This document shows positions 59,835-64,000 of a stretch of DNA of 64,000 nucleotides, piece by piece. Position numbers and translations under genes: made by a program. The first letter of the stretch is position 1; the number at the start of each line of letters is the position of its first letter. Below the pieces are notes generated by a model. It was not told the origin of the DNA and searched no databases. It saw nothing but the letters and a program-made list of their open reading frames with translations. Source of the DNA: Deltaproteobacteria bacterium (GTDB taxonomy: Bacteria; Bdellovibrionota; JAJCYS01); contig JAJCYS010000038.1 of the NCBI GenBank assembly GCA_029262815.1, forward strand, positions 15,182-79,181, in the 5' to 3' direction.

Positions 59835-62120
59835 ATGACTGAAAAAGCCCAACGATGGGTATTTATCTTGTTTCTACTTATCGGGTCCTTATGGGTGGGT
59901 CCCCGGTGGATTCCCGCAGAGTGGCTCAAAGAAACCCTCGAGTCCTGGGTCACCACACATATGGGATTTACCCTCCAAACGGACAGTGTGGCTCTGTCGT
60001 TATTTCCGACCACCCAGCTCGTATGCAAAGACGTCACATTTTCTGGCGCCCCCCTTCCGTTCTCGCTCCAGACTACTGGCACCATCTCGCGGATGATACT
60101 GAAGTTTTCTATGATTAAAACGGCTTTGACCGGCCGACCCTTTGTCAACGTCCTGCTTGACGGTGCTCAGCTTGAAATTACGCCACATGAGCCACCCAAA
60201 GACCCCCTTCCCTACGTTGTCTTATCTTCACTCTTTATTAGGTCGAGTGACGCAGTCCTAACCCTAAAAAAAAACCGTATCCCCACAACCCTACATTCAT
60301 TTCAAATTGTTTTTGAGCCTAAGCGTAAAACGGCAACCTTACAAGGTGATATAACCCTACCCGAGTTTGCGCCAAAACCTGGATCACGTTTATCCACACA
60401 GATGACTTTGAACGGTTCAGTTGAGGCCCTCGAAGACGGCTCTCTATACATCCCACAGCTCAGGTTCCGAGCCAAAAATTTTAGCTACGTTTCTCTCGCC
60501 TACCAAATCAAACAAGGTCGAGGCCCTTTCTTTATGACCGCTTCGGGACTCTCTCTCTCTCGAGAAGGGTCTGGCACGGTAAAATCCCTTTTTCTCGGAC
60601 TCAATGACCACACCTTACAACTCACTGGACAATTTCAGACAACGCCTTTTCGTTTTATCGGACGGCTAGCCCCTTTTGAAACAACATTCAAAGACTTCCC
60701 TTTCGAATTGCTTCAAGATACGTTCCCAGGTGCTTCGGGAATAATCACCTTAAACAACCCGATAGGGCTGTCCTACACACACAGTCCCAAATCCGAATTG
60801 CAAATGGATCTTAAGGGGATCGCATTAAAAAATCTGTCTTGGCCCACACCTTGGTTCCTGCTTGAAGAGCCCGAGGCACGCCTATCTGGAAAACTATTTT
60901 TTCATCCCAAAGCAGGAATTCAACCATCGCGAATTGAATGGCGTAACGGTAAACTTGAGCTTGCACACAGTACATTGCTTATGGAAATCTCTACAGAGCC
61001 TGATGTAAACCGCACAGAAATTACACTTCAGCCTTTTGAACTTGATCTTTCACAAATTCCTCAGATCTTTGAAACGTTTCTTGGGTTCAAACACACGAGC
61101 GGCTTACTCACCAGTGCCACACCGTTGACCATTTCTAAAACAGAAAATACAACCGCGTTAGCAGGTCGATTACGAATCGATGAGGGCATAGGCACATGGC
61201 AAAAACAATGGCAGGTAGCAGGACTCACAGCTGATATGGTATTGGGGACACCAAAATCAGATCTCACTTTATCCATAAACAGCCTGACTCAAAAAAATGG
61301 GTGGCAACTCAAAAACCTTACTTTGCAAGGCAACCTGGCTCAAACAGGCGTATGGGAACTCAATCGATTCGCCACACAATTTAAAGACGGTACAGTTGTT
61401 CTAAAGGGCGGTGTGTTTGATCCAATTGCACATACGTTTACAGCAAAGTCTTTAAAAGGTTTTTTTGATCTTACAAAGTCTCGCGTACTCAATCATGTTG
61501 CTCCAAAAGCAAATTTAAGTTTAACGGGCAATCTTCGTTTTCAGATTAACCGCATGGGCATCCCGCTCACCCCGACGACACATCAGCCCAAATGGCATAA
61601 AATGGTCGGAGCATTTGAAAGTGAAATTGCGAATTTTTCCTGGCGTGACTTTGATATGCAAACCCCTTTTACAGAGCTGCTCGAATCATATTATGATCAG
61701 CTGCGAACTCGACGGGTTCGATCGCGTACCCTCGCAACTGAAACCATTCCCACATTAGAAACAACGTACAAAGGTACCATGAAGGGACAATTTTCCTCTC
61801 AGAATGTGATTGTCTCAGAGAGTACATTTTTCAATGCCACTAGTACATTCACCTTAAAAGGGAAAACAACAAAACTACCCGTGCCCCTTCAAAAAACACG
61901 TATAGATTTAAATGGCACGTACATCATCCACAAACCGGGATTTGCGGACCCTGTTATTCAAGAAATTCTACTAGATCCGAATCGGAACCTTCGCATTCCT
62001 GTTCAAATCCAAGGCACCCTTGGTAGACCTGATGCCTATTTTTTAAAAGCTGAAGCGTACCGAACTTTTGATCGACGTATTCAATCGCACCACATAGCCA
62101 AACCAACTAAGGGGCAATAA
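59835..62120 (+). CDS. AsmA-family protein (membrane-anchored, beta-rich envelope protein)
   Basis: Start at ATG 59835 (MTEKAQRWVFILFLLIGSLWV, single N-terminal TM); about 760 aa, repetitive beta-strand-like composition. The ORF-track start at 59685 overlaps the 5S gene. Confidence 0.6.
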   Translation: MTEKAQRWVFILFLLIGSLWVGPRWIPAEWLKETLESWVTTHMGFTLQTDSVALSLFPTTQLVCKDVTFSGAPLPFSLQTTGTISRMILKFSMIKTALTGRPFVNVLLDGAQLEITPHEPPKDPLPYVVLSSLFIRSSDAVLTLKKNRIPTTLHSFQIVFEPKRKTATLQGDITLPEFAPKPGSRLSTQMTLNGSVEALEDGSLYIPQLRFRAKNFSYVSLAYQIKQGRGPFFMTASGLSLSREGSGTVKSLFLGLNDHTLQLTGQFQTTPFRFIGRLAPFETTFKDFPFELLQDTFPGASGIITLNNPIGLSYTHSPKSELQMDLKGIALKNLSWPTPWFLLEEPEARLSGKLFFHPKAGIQPSRIEWRNGKLELAHSTLLMEISTEPDVNRTEITLQPFELDLSQIPQIFETFLGFKHTSGLLTSATPLTISKTENTTALAGRLRIDEGIGTWQKQWQVAGLTADMVLGTPKSDLTLSINSLTQKNGWQLKNLTLQGNLAQTGVWELNRFATQFKDGTVVLKGGVFDPIAHTFTAKSLKGFFDLTKSRVLNHVAPKANLSLTGNLRFQINRMGIPLTPTTHQPKWHKMVGAFESEIANFSWRDFDMQTPFTELLESYYDQLRTRRVRSRTLATETIPTLETTYKGTMKGQFSSQNVIVSESTFFNATSTFTLKGKTTKLPVPLQKTRIDLNGTYIIHKPGFADPVIQEILLDPNRNLRIPVQIQGTLGRPDAYFLKAEAYRTFDRRIQSHHIAKPTKGQ

Positions 62121-62745
62121 TTCCACCACTCACAATTAACTTAAACGCATCATCTACTTTCATATCTAGAGGCACCATATCCTTCAAGGGTACCACCAAA
62201 TAAAATCCTGATGTCGGGTTGGGAGACGTAGGTAAAAATACATTTGCGCACGGGACATCTACGTGTCCTTGAATTCTCAAAGAGGTGGTCTCATTTGTGA
62301 CAAAAGCGATCGCCCACAATCCCTCTCTCGGATAAGGAATGAGTACCACACGGCCAAAACGTTGCGTAGGATCTCCGAACATCGACCGAAATAATTGAGA
62401 TAATCCGGTATAAAGGGAGCCCACAATAGGCACGCGATGAATTGCGCTATCCCAGATGGATACAAAAAAACGACCCACGTAGTTCCGGACTAGAACACCA
62501 CAACAATAAATTATAAAAACAGCAATAACGAGCCCAATGCCAGGCAACTGAAAAATCCACCAATCTTCGATATTTAAACGCGTTGGCACCACTAGAATAA
62601 TGGCATCGATCCAACCCACCAGGACTGCAAGCACCCAAATGGTTAACATCGCAGGCATGACGACAAGCAATCCTGCTACAAAAGACTGCTGAAAGTAGCT
62701 AAAAACCTTGTTTTTGAGCCAAATTAGGGGGTCGATCCATCTCAT
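62107..62745 (-). CDS. DUF502-family membrane protein
   Basis: Start at 62745 (MRWIDPL); two TM helices; VFLPTSPNPTSGFYLVVP and LDMKVDDAFKLIVSGG C-terminal blocks typical of DUF502. Confidence 0.6.
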   Translation of the reverse strand: MRWIDPLIWLKNKVFSYFQQSFVAGLLVVMPAMLTIWVLAVLVGWIDAIILVVPTRLNIEDWWIFQLPGIGLVIAVFIIYCCGVLVRNYVGRFFVSIWDSAIHRVPIVGSLYTGLSQLFRSMFGDPTQRFGRVVLIPYPREGLWAIAFVTNETTSLRIQGHVDVPCANVFLPTSPNPTSGFYLVVPLKDMVPLDMKVDDAFKLIVSGGIIAP

Positions 62746-62856
62746 ACAGGCCACTCTAGCAGGTTGTGCCTCTTGACGCAAAAGGAAGCGTGCTGGTAGC
62801 ATGCAAAGTACTCTTATAGTTTTGTCATCATCACTTTAATCGAAAAGGAGCTTCGT

Positions 62857-64000
62857 ATGGATCCTATAGCTTATTACAACGAACACAAATCACATTATCT
62901 TGATGATCTTAAAACCCTTTGCCGTATTCCATCTGTGAGTCCCGCTGGGCATGATCCAAAGTACCTTGACGAGTGTGCGCAAACTATATTGTCGCTATGC
63001 CAAAAATACGACTTGAACAATACTGAAATCCTAACCTATGAAAACACACCGCCATATGTCTTGGGCCGGATTGGTGATGATCCCAACAAACCCACTTACA
63101 TCCTTTATGCGCATCATGATGTGCAACCCAAAGGCGACACATCAAAGTGGCTTTCAGAGCCCTTTGACGCGGTGGAACGAGACGGTCGACTTTATGGACG
63201 TGGCACATCAGACGACAAGGCCGCTATCTCACTCTATCTATCTGCTATTGATTCGTACCAGAAAGCCAAAGGAGAACTCCCTATCAACATCATTCTTCTC
63301 ATCGAAGGCGAGGAAGAAGTGGGATCTCCAAATTTGGGTAAATTTCTTGAAACCCATCTATCCTTGCTCCAAAGTGCACGTGGCACACTTGTTGCTGACG
63401 GTATGAATCATGATTCGGGACTGCCCACTATTAATATATCTCTTCGTGGAATCGCCATCGTAGAAGTAGAAGTACGATCTTTAAAAAACAAAGTCCACAG
63501 TGGCCTCTTTAGCGGCCCTACCCCTGATCCTGCCATGGCCCTAAGTAAGCTACTTGGCACATTGATGGATGACACGGGGCGGATTACTGTTGACGGATTG
63601 TACGACGACGTCGCCCCCCTGACGGAGGCTCAAAGTGCAAAATTAAGAGAATTGCCTTTTAGCGATGAAGAATTTCGTAAACAAGTCGGCATGTTGCCAA
63701 ACACACAGTTCATGCAACGTGAACACCACACGCTCGAAGCCCTTTGGCATCAACCTTCACTCGTGGTAAATGCGATTCAAGCATCGAGCAGAGCGGAGGC
63801 GAGTAATATTATTTGTGACAGTGCTTGGGCCCGCGTTGGTATCAGACTGGTCCATGCAATGGATCCACAAAAAACATTAAAGCAACTCAAAACGCACTTA
63901 GAAACACATGCTCCTTGGGGATGTGAAGTTGTGGTAACACCTGAAAAAGGGTTCTGCGAAGCTTGGTCTGCCAATATGGACGACGCTGTTTATACGGCAA
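62857..64000 (+). CDS. M20-family metallopeptidase (dipeptidase/ArgE/DapE-like), C-terminus beyond window
   Basis: Start ATG 62857 after AAAAGGAG; YAHHDVQP and GRGTSDDKA metal-binding blocks. Absent from ORF track because there is no in-window stop. Confidence 0.8.
   Translation, partial: MDPIAYYNEHKSHYLDDLKTLCRIPSVSPAGHDPKYLDECAQTILSLCQKYDLNNTEILTYENTPPYVLGRIGDDPNKPTYILYAHHDVQPKGDTSKWLSEPFDAVERDGRLYGRGTSDDKAAISLYLSAIDSYQKAKGELPINIILLIEGEEEVGSPNLGKFLETHLSLLQSARGTLVADGMNHDSGLPTINISLRGIAIVEVEVRSLKNKVHSGLFSGPTPDPAMALSKLLGTLMDDTGRITVDGLYDDVAPLTEAQSAKLRELPFSDEEFRKQVGMLPNTQFMQREHHTLEALWHQPSLVVNAIQASSRAEASNIICDSAWARVGIRLVHAMDPQKTLKQLKTHLETHAPWGCEVVVTPEKGFCEAWSANMDDAVYTA

Noticed and set aside
1-64000. 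Prophage, integron, IS element or defence island
   Set aside because: I found no integrase, transposase, nuclease/helicase/methyltransferase defence signatures or tRNA attachment sites while reading the window.

Overview
64 kb chromosomal window from a Gram-negative bacterium, roughly mid-40s % GC by eye (not computed). The gene content (many lipoproteins, secreted S1 and S8 proteases, ExbB/ExbD modules without TonB, a Hanks-type Ser/Thr kinase) suggests a Bdellovibrio-like or other deltaproteobacterial-type lineage, but that is inference only. Most of the window is housekeeping: a minus-strand run rpmF-plsX-fabD-fabG-acpP-fabF-rpiB-glyA-nusB-trkA-trkH; murC-murB; lnt; mreC-mreD-mrdA-rodA; lon; a thiolase plus hydroxyacyl-CoA dehydrogenase pair; and ahcY partial at the 5' edge. 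Accessory-looking parts are (i) 8.4-14.2 kb: S8 protease, a lipoprotein Cys-phosphatase, two tandem paralogous HEAT-like repeat lipoproteins and a small hypothetical, embedded in short repeats; (ii) 26.9-34.3 kb: outer-membrane protein, ExbB-ExbD-ExbD, a 775-aa Gly/Thr/Asp-rich secreted protein and two secreted hypotheticals; (iii) 47.9-53.0 kb: five lipoprotein genes and a Pro/Gln/Tyr-rich repeat protein. Two things the ORF track misses are a solitary 5S rRNA gene (59608-59721, minus) with its own promoter-like and terminator sequences, and rpmF (24253-24423, minus). Two families of short intergenic repeats recur across the window, including a four-unit tandem array at 10182-10335. I found no CRISPR array, transposase, integrase or recognisable defence genes. 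All functional calls rest on motif recognition by eye; no database search was run.
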